A stretch of DNA of 64,000 nucleotides from a virus. The notes under the pieces were generated by a model. The model was not told the origin of the DNA, searched no databases, and worked only from the letters and a program-made list of their open reading frames with translations. A program made the position numbers and the translations under genes. Numbering within the stretch: the first letter of the stretch is position 1; each line of letters begins with the position of its first letter. The DNA is taken from the IMG/VR virus record IMGVR_UViG_3300013094_000027, positions 1 through 64,000 of that record. One strand, 5' to 3'. Below, piece after piece: positions 28,539-39,087 of the stretch.

Positions 28539-29789
28539 TTACATTTTTTGAATTTTGTATCCTAGTTTTTGAAGTCTTGCAATTTCTTCGTCTGAAATAT
28601 CATATTCACCACCAACTTCATATTCTCTTAACATCATACCACCTTGTTGTGCCATCATTTGTGGAGCAAAATAACCTGCATTTTGAAAACCATAAGCACC
28701 TGTTGGACCTGTTAAATTCATTTGACCATAACCTTGACCACTGATTCCTATTTCTCCTTTGCTGCCTGGTGTTGGATAATACATGTCGTTTGTTTGACCA
28801 TGTTGCATTAAATAATTTTGATAGTTGCGTGTTTTTTGATTTTGATTCATCATATAACCAATACCACTAAATAATCCTGCTGCAGAAGCAATTGCCGAAA
28901 GACCATAATGAGGATTTGATTGTTGTCCTGTTTCTTGTTCTGAATCATTACTCATTTGTTGTGGATGTGTTACAGGCATATCGTGCATTGCTGCTTGAGG
29001 TATATAAGAAATATTTTGTTTTTGTCGTGTAACTCCTGGTTGATTTTGACCATAATTAATATTAGGATGATGATAAGGATCATTACCTGTATTATAATTT
29101 ATTGCTACTGGTGGTGCTTTTTTTACTGATTCTTCTTCAGAAGTTTCACCACCATCTTCTTTTTTATGGAATCCGTGATGTTTTTTAAATGTTTGTGTAA
29201 GTCTCCATTGAGGACTTCCTTTAGGACAATCATAGTTTGGTGATCCTGGAGTACAACGACCAGGATGTTTAATAGCATCTTGAATCCAATGTCCTCCTTT
29301 TTTCATTTCTTCACATTCAGGACATTCACCACCTTCTTGTTTAAGAGGTTTATATTTTGAAGATTTTTTATATAAAGATTTGCCTGTTCCTTCATCAATC
29401 ATAGTACCACCTTCTTGATAATAACCATTTGTTCCAAGATCATATGTACCTGAATATTGACCACCTTTTTTTAAAGTTTGAGGAACATCGGTATAAGCAC
29501 CTGATTGTATAGGAAAAGGTACTTGTGAAGGTCTTTTATTACCAGAACCTCTTTTTTCTATTACATTGCGAAATTTATTATCAATACTTCTATCTTCAGG
29601 AAGTGCTTGATTTTGTTCTACATTTAATTGACCCCCTGCTTTATAAGAAGAATTTGTAGAAGTATCCCATGTATAAGAACCTCCTGTTCTCATATGTGGA
29701 TAATCTTTAAAAAAAGATTCTTTATCTGGATATTTGGAATAAAATTCTTTTTTATTTTTTATTCCTGCTTCTTTCATGAATGGATGCAT
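28539..29789 (-). CDS. Internal virion/cargo protein made of micro-modules separated by xxGG linkers
   Basis: 416 aa with nine GG-ended motifs; basic WIQDAIKHPG...RLTQTFKK module; one Gly/Ala hydrophobic helix. Confidence 0.7.
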   Translation of the reverse strand: MHPFMKEAGIKNKKEFYSKYPDKESFFKDYPHMRTGGSYTWDTSTNSSYKAGGQLNVEQNQALPEDRSIDNKFRNVIEKRGSGNKRPSQVPFPIQSGAYTDVPQTLKKGGQYSGTYDLGTNGYYQEGGTMIDEGTGKSLYKKSSKYKPLKQEGGECPECEEMKKGGHWIQDAIKHPGRCTPGSPNYDCPKGSPQWRLTQTFKKHHGFHKKEDGGETSEEESVKKAPPVAINYNTGNDPYHHPNINYGQNQPGVTRQKQNISYIPQAAMHDMPVTHPQQMSNDSEQETGQQSNPHYGLSAIASAAGLFSGIGYMMNQNQKTRNYQNYLMQHGQTNDMYYPTPGSKGEIGISGQGYGQMNLTGPTGAYGFQNAGYFAPQMMAQQGGMMLREYEVGGEYDISDEEIARLQKLGYKIQKM

Positions 29790-29793
29790 ATTA

Positions 29794-32700
29794 TTAAAAT
29801 TTATTTATTGCTGGATGTGGATTATATGTACTACGATCAACTTTTTTTTGAGTTCTTCCTTTATATTGTCTTTTTTTAGTATTGGGTAATGCAACAGGTT
29901 GTTCATCTTGATTTAACCAATCATATTGTTGTGGTTGTTGTTGTTCACCACCTTGTTGCTTTATATCACCACCATACTTCTTAGCCCAACCTCTTTCAGT
30001 TGGTAGTTTCTTTTCATATACAGGCAAAACAAATTGATCAGTATCTTTAGGGCCTTTAAGAACTTTTTGTTTACCTATTGCATCTATAATGGCTACAGGA
30101 ACTTGTGGGTTATCTAATCCTCTAAAAGTTGTTTGTTGTCCATTTCCTGGGAAGTACATTTCATTTCCCATAGTAGGATCATTTAAGCCTATGTATTTTT
30201 GAAAATGAGTTAATGGTACTGTTGGTCCACCCATTTGTTTTTTAGGTATAGAACCTCCGTATTTATTTTTATTCATAAAAAACTTATCATTTAAAAGATC
30301 AGTCATTTTTATAGGTTTTAAAAATAAATCTTCTGATTTACTTTTATTATACTGATTTACTCCTGCATCATAATCCTCTTTTTTAATAGGAATTCCATTT
30401 CTTTTATAAGTAGGTATTTGTCTAATTTTACCTGATTTTGTTTTATTTTTATTTATATAATATTCATATTGATCTCCATTTACTTTGAAAGATGGTGTTA
30501 TTTTTTGTTTGTCTGCTTGAGTTAATGCTCTATCTGGTTGATTATAAGTTCTTCCAAATTCTCCATTATCAAAAGTAGGCTCATGTCTCTCTGTAATTCC
30601 TAAATCTTTTAACATTTGAGGATTGTCAAATCCTAACATTTTTTGTGCCCTTGTATATCCTTTTAGTTGAATAGGCTTCAACTGTTTATTAAAAATATCA
30701 GCATCAGAACTATTTAATATTTCATTATACTTTTGAGCATTCCAATCAGGGTGTCCTTCTAAAGCAGATATAAGATTCTCTGGTATACTCTCATCTCTTA
30801 AAGGAACTTCTACTTTATTACCCCTATATTCATCAATATAGTATTCTGGTTTAAAAGGTTTATCATTAAACCACGCATTTGCTTGTTCTGATTGTAATCT
30901 GTCTCTATCTCCTTTGATTATATTAAACCTATTTTTAATTTTATCATTAATTGTTTTTAACTGTTCTGATGCTTTTTGATTAGCTTCTAAATATTTAGCT
31001 TTATTAGGATCTTCATATGGAATATTATATTGACTACCATACTCGTCTGTAACAGTTCTATAGTTTTTAAAGTTTAATTCATGAGGATTAGTTTTTACAT
31101 TATCCGAAATAATAGGGTAACCTCTTTCATCTAATTCTTGTCCTACATTATATATAGGAACTGTTTTAGGATCAATCTCTGTAACAAAAGGCATAGGAGT
31201 ATTACCCTTTGTTTTCTTTATAGTAGACATTGGGAATCCTCCTGTATAAGGTATGTGTTCTGCTGTTTGTACTATGGGAGCTTCTTTTGCAGCAGCTTTC
31301 ATATAGTTATATGGGTTAAACATTTCTCCAATAGTTCCTGCCGTAACTACTTTATCAGCAAAATCTGCTGCAACATTCCATTTGTTTTTAGGGTCTTGCA
31401 TTTCAGAAGTTACCTGTGCTTGTTTCTGGAGTTCATCCCAATCTACCATACCATGTTGTTGGGCATATTGATCTCTTACCCATTGGGGAGTATCTTGTGC
31501 TTTTTTTATATATGTTGGTGCAGGAGCATGATAACTTTGTAACCAATCGTTATAACCTAACTCCTGAAGTTGTTTGGCTGATTGATCGTCTCTACTTGGT
31601 TGTTTAAGGTAAGGTGTGGGTAGTGTGCCTCCTGTTTGATATTTTTGTAACCATCCTCCATTTCTTTTCTCTGGTATCCATTGATTCTCCTGTCCTGGTA
31701 AAAACCCTCTTTTATAGAAACCTTCCGGTCTTTCTAAATCATATGAACCTTTTTCTGGGTTAAATTTTGTTTTAGGGGATAACCATTCAGGACCATTGGG
31801 ATTAAGACTATTAATATCTACAGGGGATTGCTTTGTGTTGTAATTTATTGGTAAATCTTGAAAAGGTTGATTAGGTTGTTTATTTATATCTATACCTTTT
31901 TTGTATAAAATAGGTTGTATAGGCTTTTTATATACAACGTTTCCAGCATTATTCCCTTTATTCCTTTCTTCAAAAATAGGTAATATTTTCCTATGTGCTA
32001 AATCAGGTGAGCTTTCTGCATTATTCCAATAATAATTTTTATCTTTGTTTATTAATGCATTTCCTACTTTTTGTAATATTTGATCCTTTCTGTCACCTTC
32101 TAAAACAGAAGTACTGTCTGCTCCTAGTCTATTGTGGTTATTTCTAATTAAATTAACAAAATTATTATACCTTTCTAAATCCTCTTTACTGTCTGCTTTC
32201 CTCCAATCTTCTCTAGGATTATTATTTAAAAAAGGTATTCTTGTACCAGGCTCAATGCCTTCTAAAGATTCTTGTAATTTTGTATAATTATAAAGATTTA
32301 AACTATCATTATAACTTCTCAATCTTGGGTCATTAGGATCATGAGTTATAATAGGAGGTAATTGACCTCCTTGTTGCATCTTAGATTGTGTATTCTTAGT
32401 ACTATACTTATCCAGCCATCCCATATCAATTATCTTTAAACTTGTTATCGAATGGGTTGATTGATCATCTCTGCTTGGTTGTTTTAGGTAAGGTGTGGGT
32501 AGTGTGCCTCCTAATTGTTTTTTGGGTAATTCTACTCTACGCATCCAATCAACAGGTATAACTTTATCAATACTATCTTGTCTTATTATAGGAGATTTAT
32601 AAACAGAATTGCCCTTACTATCTATGTGCTCAAATTGAATTTTAGACCAATCTATTTTAGGAGAATCTATTGGAGTTGGTAAATATTGTTGTTTAGAAGG

Positions 32701-34071
32701 TTCTGATTTTTTAGAATTATTTTGTTTTAATTTTTTAATAGATTGTGCGGTTGTAGGTTGTTGTACAGGAAAAGGTATTGTATCTGATACAGTAGTAGTA
32801 TCAGAAGGTTGTATTTGATCATCTCTTTTATCTGTTTGAGTTGTTAGGTATTGTAATGGATTAGTGGGGTGATTAGGGTTATGAAAATCGAAACCTTTTG
32901 CAAATAATTCTAATTGTGCATCTTGTAAATCTCTAGCTATTTGATCGTGTACCCATGTATGAGGATCCAAACTATAATCACTAGGTAAATGATCAGCATT
33001 TACACTATAAGTTTTTCCACTTTTTGATGTATATGTAGAATTATTTTTTATACCTCCTTGAGAAGGTTTATCTATAAAATCATCGTTAAATAATTTATGT
33101 TCAGGCAAAGTATTATCTCCTACATATTCACCTTCTTCAAATATTGGTTTTTGAAACTGTTGCTTCCATTGATGTTCTGGTTTTAATACACGTTCCCCTC
33201 GTTGAAAAGGTTCATACTGTTTTGAATCTATTTCATCAAACTGTTTTAAATCATTTTTTGCTGTGTTTATTCTATCTTTTATATTATTTAATGTCTTTTG
33301 ATCCTCTGTTGAAAATTTTGCTTTTTTTATTTGTTCTATCTCTGTTTGAGATAATTTTCTTGATTTAGGAGTCCCATATAATTTATTAGGTGTACCATCG
33401 CTATTAAATGGCTGATCCCCGAAAATGCTTCCATGAGTGTATTCATTTACTACAGGATTACCATTTTCATCAAATTCTGAAAAATATGGTTTATCTCTAT
33501 AAAATTGTGCTCCATATTGGTTTACATGACTAGGTGTAGCAAATTTACCTTCTAAAGGTTTAGGAAAAAAAGAGTTTTGAAATTCGTTACTAACTCCTTT
33601 TATAGCCCCTACATCCATAAGGGTATTTATAAACTTATTTGGTAAGTTCTGAGTACTGTCTCTAAAATGCTCTAATGTTGCAGTTCTTTTAGCGGCATCT
33701 AAATAGGTCATTGGGTTTAAAACATCTATAGCAGCATCATATTTATTCCTATCTGCCATTCTATTAAAATAATCAGGCAAATTACCATAATCATTATAAA
33801 ATTGAATAGCAGTCATAGGATTACGTACAATATCACCAATTTTGTTTATTAAAGGTCTTTTAGGCTGAGAGGGTTGTACCTGCATATTATCCTGTTTGGT
33901 TTTCATATCCATTACATTCAACCATTGAGAATCTAAAGGAGGTAATTTAGGTGCAATATATTTAGTAGGTACTTCTTCTTTTGTACCTCCTTGTTGAAGA
34001 CGACTTAACAAACCTCCTTTTTTGTATTTTCCTTTCCATCCTGTCAGATCGAAATATTCATGGTACTTCAT
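29794..34071 (-). CDS. Mosaic cargo protein with repeated GG linkers
   Basis: 1425 aa directly after muzzle gene (TAATG coupling); KKGG, QQGG, QLGG, RNGG, QTGG, KYGG, QMGG motifs; duplicated GGTLPTPYLKQPSRDDQS. Confidence 0.75.
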   Translation of the reverse strand: MKYHEYFDLTGWKGKYKKGGLLSRLQQGGTKEEVPTKYIAPKLPPLDSQWLNVMDMKTKQDNMQVQPSQPKRPLINKIGDIVRNPMTAIQFYNDYGNLPDYFNRMADRNKYDAAIDVLNPMTYLDAAKRTATLEHFRDSTQNLPNKFINTLMDVGAIKGVSNEFQNSFFPKPLEGKFATPSHVNQYGAQFYRDKPYFSEFDENGNPVVNEYTHGSIFGDQPFNSDGTPNKLYGTPKSRKLSQTEIEQIKKAKFSTEDQKTLNNIKDRINTAKNDLKQFDEIDSKQYEPFQRGERVLKPEHQWKQQFQKPIFEEGEYVGDNTLPEHKLFNDDFIDKPSQGGIKNNSTYTSKSGKTYSVNADHLPSDYSLDPHTWVHDQIARDLQDAQLELFAKGFDFHNPNHPTNPLQYLTTQTDKRDDQIQPSDTTTVSDTIPFPVQQPTTAQSIKKLKQNNSKKSEPSKQQYLPTPIDSPKIDWSKIQFEHIDSKGNSVYKSPIIRQDSIDKVIPVDWMRRVELPKKQLGGTLPTPYLKQPSRDDQSTHSITSLKIIDMGWLDKYSTKNTQSKMQQGGQLPPIITHDPNDPRLRSYNDSLNLYNYTKLQESLEGIEPGTRIPFLNNNPREDWRKADSKEDLERYNNFVNLIRNNHNRLGADSTSVLEGDRKDQILQKVGNALINKDKNYYWNNAESSPDLAHRKILPIFEERNKGNNAGNVVYKKPIQPILYKKGIDINKQPNQPFQDLPINYNTKQSPVDINSLNPNGPEWLSPKTKFNPEKGSYDLERPEGFYKRGFLPGQENQWIPEKRNGGWLQKYQTGGTLPTPYLKQPSRDDQSAKQLQELGYNDWLQSYHAPAPTYIKKAQDTPQWVRDQYAQQHGMVDWDELQKQAQVTSEMQDPKNKWNVAADFADKVVTAGTIGEMFNPYNYMKAAAKEAPIVQTAEHIPYTGGFPMSTIKKTKGNTPMPFVTEIDPKTVPIYNVGQELDERGYPIISDNVKTNPHELNFKNYRTVTDEYGSQYNIPYEDPNKAKYLEANQKASEQLKTINDKIKNRFNIIKGDRDRLQSEQANAWFNDKPFKPEYYIDEYRGNKVEVPLRDESIPENLISALEGHPDWNAQKYNEILNSSDADIFNKQLKPIQLKGYTRAQKMLGFDNPQMLKDLGITERHEPTFDNGEFGRTYNQPDRALTQADKQKITPSFKVNGDQYEYYINKNKTKSGKIRQIPTYKRNGIPIKKEDYDAGVNQYNKSKSEDLFLKPIKMTDLLNDKFFMNKNKYGGSIPKKQMGGPTVPLTHFQKYIGLNDPTMGNEMYFPGNGQQTTFRGLDNPQVPVAIIDAIGKQKVLKGPKDTDQFVLPVYEKKLPTERGWAKKYGGDIKQQGGEQQQPQQYDWLNQDEQPVALPNTKKRQYKGRTQKKVDRSTYNPHPAINKF
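31579..32512. repeat. 55-bp direct repeat flanking an in-frame 879-bp module
   Basis: Copies at 31579-31633 and 32458-32512, 3 synonymous mismatches. Confidence 0.92.
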
Positions 34072-37000
34072 TATCTTATACTTTCTTGATTATTAGATTT
34101 TGATAAATATAATTGTAATCTACTGCCATTAGGGTTATTTTTTTTTAAGAAGATTTTTGCAAATTCTCCTCTGAATTTTTTTCTTTGTATTTGTTCTTTA
34201 TTATAATTCAAAGCATCAATATTTAAAGAAAAATCAACACCGTTATCACTTGTTATAATAGATTGTTGTTGTGCATTTGAATATTCCCCTCTGTCATTAG
34301 TAATATCCCAAAATTGTGATATTCTGTATTTACGTTCTTTAAATCCATATAGAATATCTATACTTGAAGTATTTACATTTGGATAATTAATTTCTAAATA
34401 AGGGTTTGCAGGTTTAGGATTTAAATTTAATAATCCACTACATTGCTCATTATTATAAACAATAAGATTATCAAAATTATTATCATATTCTAAAAATCTA
34501 TCCCATCCATTAGCTTTATAAATCCATGTATCTAAATAGTATTCTATGTTTTTTAGAGTTGTAAAATTATTTGGTGCTGTGTTTATAATATATTCAATAC
34601 TCATTTCATATTGAACACCATAATAATTTGCAAATAAATCTGTTCTTTGATTATGTGTCCAAAGTGCATTATTTTTACTTGTTATATTATGATTTCTTGC
34701 TGTAATAGAAAAATCAGGAAACCAACTATGATAACTTAACCAACAATCATTTTTACAATCATAAGAAACTGTCCAAGAGCAATCTTCAAAAAACTGAGTA
34801 TCTGTAAAAGGAATTGGTTTTTTAATGCTTTGTTCTGTTCCTAAAGTATCATAAAACAAACCATTACTAAGCTGAATTGCTTTTAAATTAATTGCTTTAT
34901 AATCTTTTTTAGAAACATATAAAATGTCATTAGTCTCATCATATGAGATCTGCATACCAACACCAGCAATAGGGTTATCATATAAAGGATAATTAGGAAA
35001 TTGTTGTAATAAATAAGAAGGCATATATTTTGCAAACCACCATTTAAGACCTTTTGCAGAAATTTCATCTAATGTTTCGCCTTTTCTAAAGACTTTACCC
35101 GATGCTTGAGAAACCCAAAATAAACCATGTGGTGTATTTAAAGCACTATATTTAGACTTAGTATTTCCATAATTAATTCCTTTTTCTGTATTAACTACAT
35201 TTTGTAAAGGTTGGTTAAATAAACCACCGTCACCAATTGTTATTTGCGTTGTAGTTGACTCACCTTGTTCAAGAACTTGAACACCTGTAAATTCTACAGG
35301 AGAGGATTCATCCATTAAAAAGATTGCACCTGTTTTAGAAACAGGTTTTATTGCTCTAACAGGAGTTGTAAAATCATAATAATTATTTGGCAAAAATTGT
35401 TTCCAATTATCAATTGTTAATTCTTCAGTTTGTGGTAAAGAGTATATAACTCGTCTAGGATAATAATTATCACAACTGTAAGCAAGAATAGGATCATAAT
35501 CATATGATAAAGTTTGACCAAATGAAATATATTGAGTATAAAATTTGTTTACAGAAAGCGAATAATCATATTTATAAAAAGGATCTGATTTTATTATGTC
35601 TGATCTAAATAATCTACTTAAATCTGAAAAGCCATAAGGGTCATAAAATTTTTGTGCATCTAAATCACCATAATCTCTAAAGCCTACATTAACATCAGAT
35701 TCTACATAAAAATCACGTACACCATTACAGAACAAATAAAAATTACCTGAATCAACATAAAAAGCAGAACCTAATAAATTATATCCTGTTTGTTCGTTAT
35801 CTAATCTTCTATAATTAGAAGCAAAATTTATTAAATGACCCGGCACTTGATAATTATCAATCCAAAAACCAGGATAAGGTACATTTATATAATCACGATA
35901 ATTATACATGTAATCTTCAACAACATCAATAAGCCAATCATTAAAAAATAACATTGGATTTTTTTCAGTATATCTGTTTATATATGTATCGCCACCAAAA
36001 AGTACTGGTGTAGAAGTTCCTGTTAAAGGACCATTAGAGATTAATAATTCTTTTACAGAATATATTTGTCCGTATTGTGAAGGCATATTTAATTTCAATC
36101 CTGTGTAATAACAAGAAGTTGAAGTATATGCCTGATTTGTACCACCATTAGGATTTTGTGATATTGTATATCTTGTTACATCTTTTGGTACACCATAATT
36201 TGCATCAGGTGCAGGTAAAGAATTACTAATAGCAAGTGCAACAAAACTATTGCGATACAAATTGTTTATTTCAAAACTGTTAAACATTTGCACCCTACTA
36301 TCTACATATTGATAATCATTTACATTACTAAGAGACCAATTATTATTTCCTAAATATTGATATTCGTTATAATAAGAATGACCGTTAAATTGAGCAGCAT
36401 ATTGTTTTGCCGGTATAAGACCTTTAATTACTCTATATATTTGTTCTTCTACCATTGCTGTTTGCATAGGCAACATTGCAGCAGCTAATGCTATATTAGC
36501 TACTTTATAAGCAACATACGCAGCTTCACTAAGAACACCAGTAGCATCTGAAGGATAAGTTATTGGACCACCTATTAATGTTGTCCAAGGCATACTGTCT
36601 GTTCCTGTTAATTGAACATTATATGAACCTCCTGCAGCAATTCCTGTTATTGTTGAAAAATCTACTAGTAATGCAACAAGTGTAGAAAGAATACTATCAA
36701 AATTAGTTGCAACTTTAAACATAGGATGTTTATAAGGTGTTTCAAAAATACCTTGTTGCAAACCATAAATTGCCTGATATACTTTTAATTGAGGTGAACC
36801 TAAGAAAGGTTTTTCAAAAACTGTATCTGGTGAATGAAAAGAATAATGTTCAAATAATATATTTTTATTATATGGATAAGCACTTCCGCCACCTAACCAA
36901 TTATTTGAAGTATTACCGTTTGTTCCACCTAAAGTTATTTGATTTATATTATATGTTAAATAAGGATCTGGTCGTAAATCATTTGCAGGATAATTTTGAA

Positions 37001-38729
37001 AAAGTCCAAATTGTTGTGATACACCTGCAACACCTGTACCATATATAGGATATTGGCACATGTTGTTTATTATACCTTTAGCAATAATAGATTTTTGACC
37101 TTCTCTAGAGCCTCTAAGTATTTCATAACCAACAATAGTTGTAATTACATTACCATGATTATCTACTGGAGGTTGTATATTATTAAATTGAACACCAAGT
37201 ACATTTATATATGCTGAATTAGGAGTTCTTGGTGTAAAGTGAGATACTCCTGAAACAGTTTGATCTGGAAATTTATGATGTCTAATAAATTGTCCACATA
37301 AATCCCATTCAGGATGTCCTGCAACATTTGCATTATATACTAAAGGTTGATCTGAAGGATACTGTTCTGTTGATTGCCAATAACCCATTAAACCTGTAAC
37401 AATCACTACACCACCATCAGGTAATGTAGAAGTAGCTGTAGATAATATAGAAGCTGTATTTTGTACAGACCAATTTAAATCGGTACTTGCATTATATGCT
37501 CTACCGGGTATATGATAAGAAGCACTTTTATCACCTGTATTATATATCCATCTTATAAAAAAACAATATTGTTCATCTGACATATAACTATAATTATTGC
37601 CAGAAAAATATTGTGTTGTTCCCGGTACTAATGCTGTACCTTGATAATATTTTTCAGGATACTGTACAAGCACCCATTCTGCATTTATTTGATTTGCAAG
37701 TGGTTGATAATTAAAATCAGGTCTTTCACTTATTCCACTACGAATAAGATAATTATTTACAGCCCAAATTGTATCTGATTTTTCAAAATGAGGTGTTTGT
37801 AAAGGCAATGTGTTTAAACTAACAACAGGTAGCGTTGTATTAATACTATCAATATGAATGGTAGATTCTGTTGTATAATATAATCCTAATTGACGTGCAA
37901 CTAATTGTCCATTATTATAACTTATAATAGCAATGATCATTTCTTCAAAATGAGTAGTGTCTGCATTTTGAATATTTAAAACTAAAGCACCTGCAATATT
38001 ATTATGGCTAAAAATAGCTTGAGTATTAGAAAATACTACATAATCAGTAACTTTAATTCCGTTTTGTGCATATGCCAAAGCAACCTGATAAGTACCATTT
38101 TCTAAAGTTCCTGCTGTTTGCGATTTATTTAATGTTATATTAGGAACATTTACTAAAGGAGCTAATTGTATATTATTACAATTTAATACGTCTGTATTTA
38201 CACAAGTAGTACAAGTTGTTGGTGGTGTACCTGTAGTAGTACAATTTTGAATCCAAATAAGATTATTTACATTAGAAGTATTTGTATCTACATATCTGTC
38301 AGGATTTCTTTTTCCGTCAGACCAATAAACATTAAAACCACAATCATAATTTCTTCTTGCAGCACCTGTTATAGGATTTGTTGTACTAAAATTAAGGCAA
38401 GGACAATTAGAAAATTTTGTATAAATACAATTATCTGTGTCCACAATACCTATTTCTGAATTACCGCTTATAGTGGGATCTAAAGAAGAGTTATCTGTGC
38501 AAAAAACCATCCATAAAGCTCCATCTAAAGGTATGGCTCCAATTAATTGATATGGTAAATTTACACATAATTGATTAGCACTTTCCGTAGAAAGTGTTAA
38601 TTGATCACCAGATTGAGTTGAATTAATAACATTTTTTGCAAAAGTCCACATTTCAGGATTTTGCAAATATGTTACTAAATCTCTATATAAACCTTTAGTG
38701 AATTTATTATTTGTTTCTGGATTAGGCAA
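34071..38729 (-). CDS. Tail muzzle / tail stabilization protein
   Basis: 1552 aa beta-rich; N-terminal FTKGLYRD, YWSDG.RNP, C-terminal WTVSY...WLSYHSW and KKFRG; position after tube gene as in crAss-like phages. Confidence 0.8.
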   Translation of the reverse strand: MPNPETNNKFTKGLYRDLVTYLQNPEMWTFAKNVINSTQSGDQLTLSTESANQLCVNLPYQLIGAIPLDGALWMVFCTDNSSLDPTISGNSEIGIVDTDNCIYTKFSNCPCLNFSTTNPITGAARRNYDCGFNVYWSDGKRNPDRYVDTNTSNVNNLIWIQNCTTTGTPPTTCTTCVNTDVLNCNNIQLAPLVNVPNITLNKSQTAGTLENGTYQVALAYAQNGIKVTDYVVFSNTQAIFSHNNIAGALVLNIQNADTTHFEEMIIAIISYNNGQLVARQLGLYYTTESTIHIDSINTTLPVVSLNTLPLQTPHFEKSDTIWAVNNYLIRSGISERPDFNYQPLANQINAEWVLVQYPEKYYQGTALVPGTTQYFSGNNYSYMSDEQYCFFIRWIYNTGDKSASYHIPGRAYNASTDLNWSVQNTASILSTATSTLPDGGVVIVTGLMGYWQSTEQYPSDQPLVYNANVAGHPEWDLCGQFIRHHKFPDQTVSGVSHFTPRTPNSAYINVLGVQFNNIQPPVDNHGNVITTIVGYEILRGSREGQKSIIAKGIINNMCQYPIYGTGVAGVSQQFGLFQNYPANDLRPDPYLTYNINQITLGGTNGNTSNNWLGGGSAYPYNKNILFEHYSFHSPDTVFEKPFLGSPQLKVYQAIYGLQQGIFETPYKHPMFKVATNFDSILSTLVALLVDFSTITGIAAGGSYNVQLTGTDSMPWTTLIGGPITYPSDATGVLSEAAYVAYKVANIALAAAMLPMQTAMVEEQIYRVIKGLIPAKQYAAQFNGHSYYNEYQYLGNNNWSLSNVNDYQYVDSRVQMFNSFEINNLYRNSFVALAISNSLPAPDANYGVPKDVTRYTISQNPNGGTNQAYTSTSCYYTGLKLNMPSQYGQIYSVKELLISNGPLTGTSTPVLFGGDTYINRYTEKNPMLFFNDWLIDVVEDYMYNYRDYINVPYPGFWIDNYQVPGHLINFASNYRRLDNEQTGYNLLGSAFYVDSGNFYLFCNGVRDFYVESDVNVGFRDYGDLDAQKFYDPYGFSDLSRLFRSDIIKSDPFYKYDYSLSVNKFYTQYISFGQTLSYDYDPILAYSCDNYYPRRVIYSLPQTEELTIDNWKQFLPNNYYDFTTPVRAIKPVSKTGAIFLMDESSPVEFTGVQVLEQGESTTTQITIGDGGLFNQPLQNVVNTEKGINYGNTKSKYSALNTPHGLFWVSQASGKVFRKGETLDEISAKGLKWWFAKYMPSYLLQQFPNYPLYDNPIAGVGMQISYDETNDILYVSKKDYKAINLKAIQLSNGLFYDTLGTEQSIKKPIPFTDTQFFEDCSWTVSYDCKNDCWLSYHSWFPDFSITARNHNITSKNNALWTHNQRTDLFANYYGVQYEMSIEYIINTAPNNFTTLKNIEYYLDTWIYKANGWDRFLEYDNNFDNLIVYNNEQCSGLLNLNPKPANPYLEINYPNVNTSSIDILYGFKERKYRISQFWDITNDRGEYSNAQQQSIITSDNGVDFSLNIDALNYNKEQIQRKKFRGEFAKIFLKKNNPNGSRLQLYLSKSNNQESIR

Positions 38730-39078
38730 TTTTTATATTTTTTGAAATTAAAAAATTGTATATTTTTTCTGTTATATAACCTACTATATAAGCTTTTGTT
38801 TCTTCATCTTTTATAGATGAATCATTTAAAATGTGTTCTGTAACATGTAATATCTCATGTGAAATATAATAATTGGTTATATATTTATCTTTTATGATGA
38901 TAAAATAATCTGCATTTTTTAAACAAAAAGTTACAGCAGCAGCATCTCCATCATAATCGTGCATTTGTTCATTACGTTTTTTAAGTAATGTTTTTATTTT
39001 CTTTTTTATATCTGACACTATATAAAAATAAATATCACTTTTTAAAAAGTCTATTTTTATTTTTGTTTGTAGATACAT
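38722..39078 (-). CDS. Small zincin-like HExxH protein
   Basis: ISHEILH...DEETKAY motif. Confidence 0.7.
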   Translation of the reverse strand: MYLQTKIKIDFLKSDIYFYIVSDIKKKIKTLLKKRNEQMHDYDGDAAAVTFCLKNADYFIIIKDKYITNYYISHEILHVTEHILNDSSIKDEETKAYIVGYITEKIYNFLISKNIKIA

Positions 39079-39087
39079 AAAAAATAT

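Noticed and set aside
31579-32512. CRISPR array or IS element explanation for the repeats
   Set aside because: Only two copies, coding and in frame; no spacer series, transposase or terminal inverted repeats
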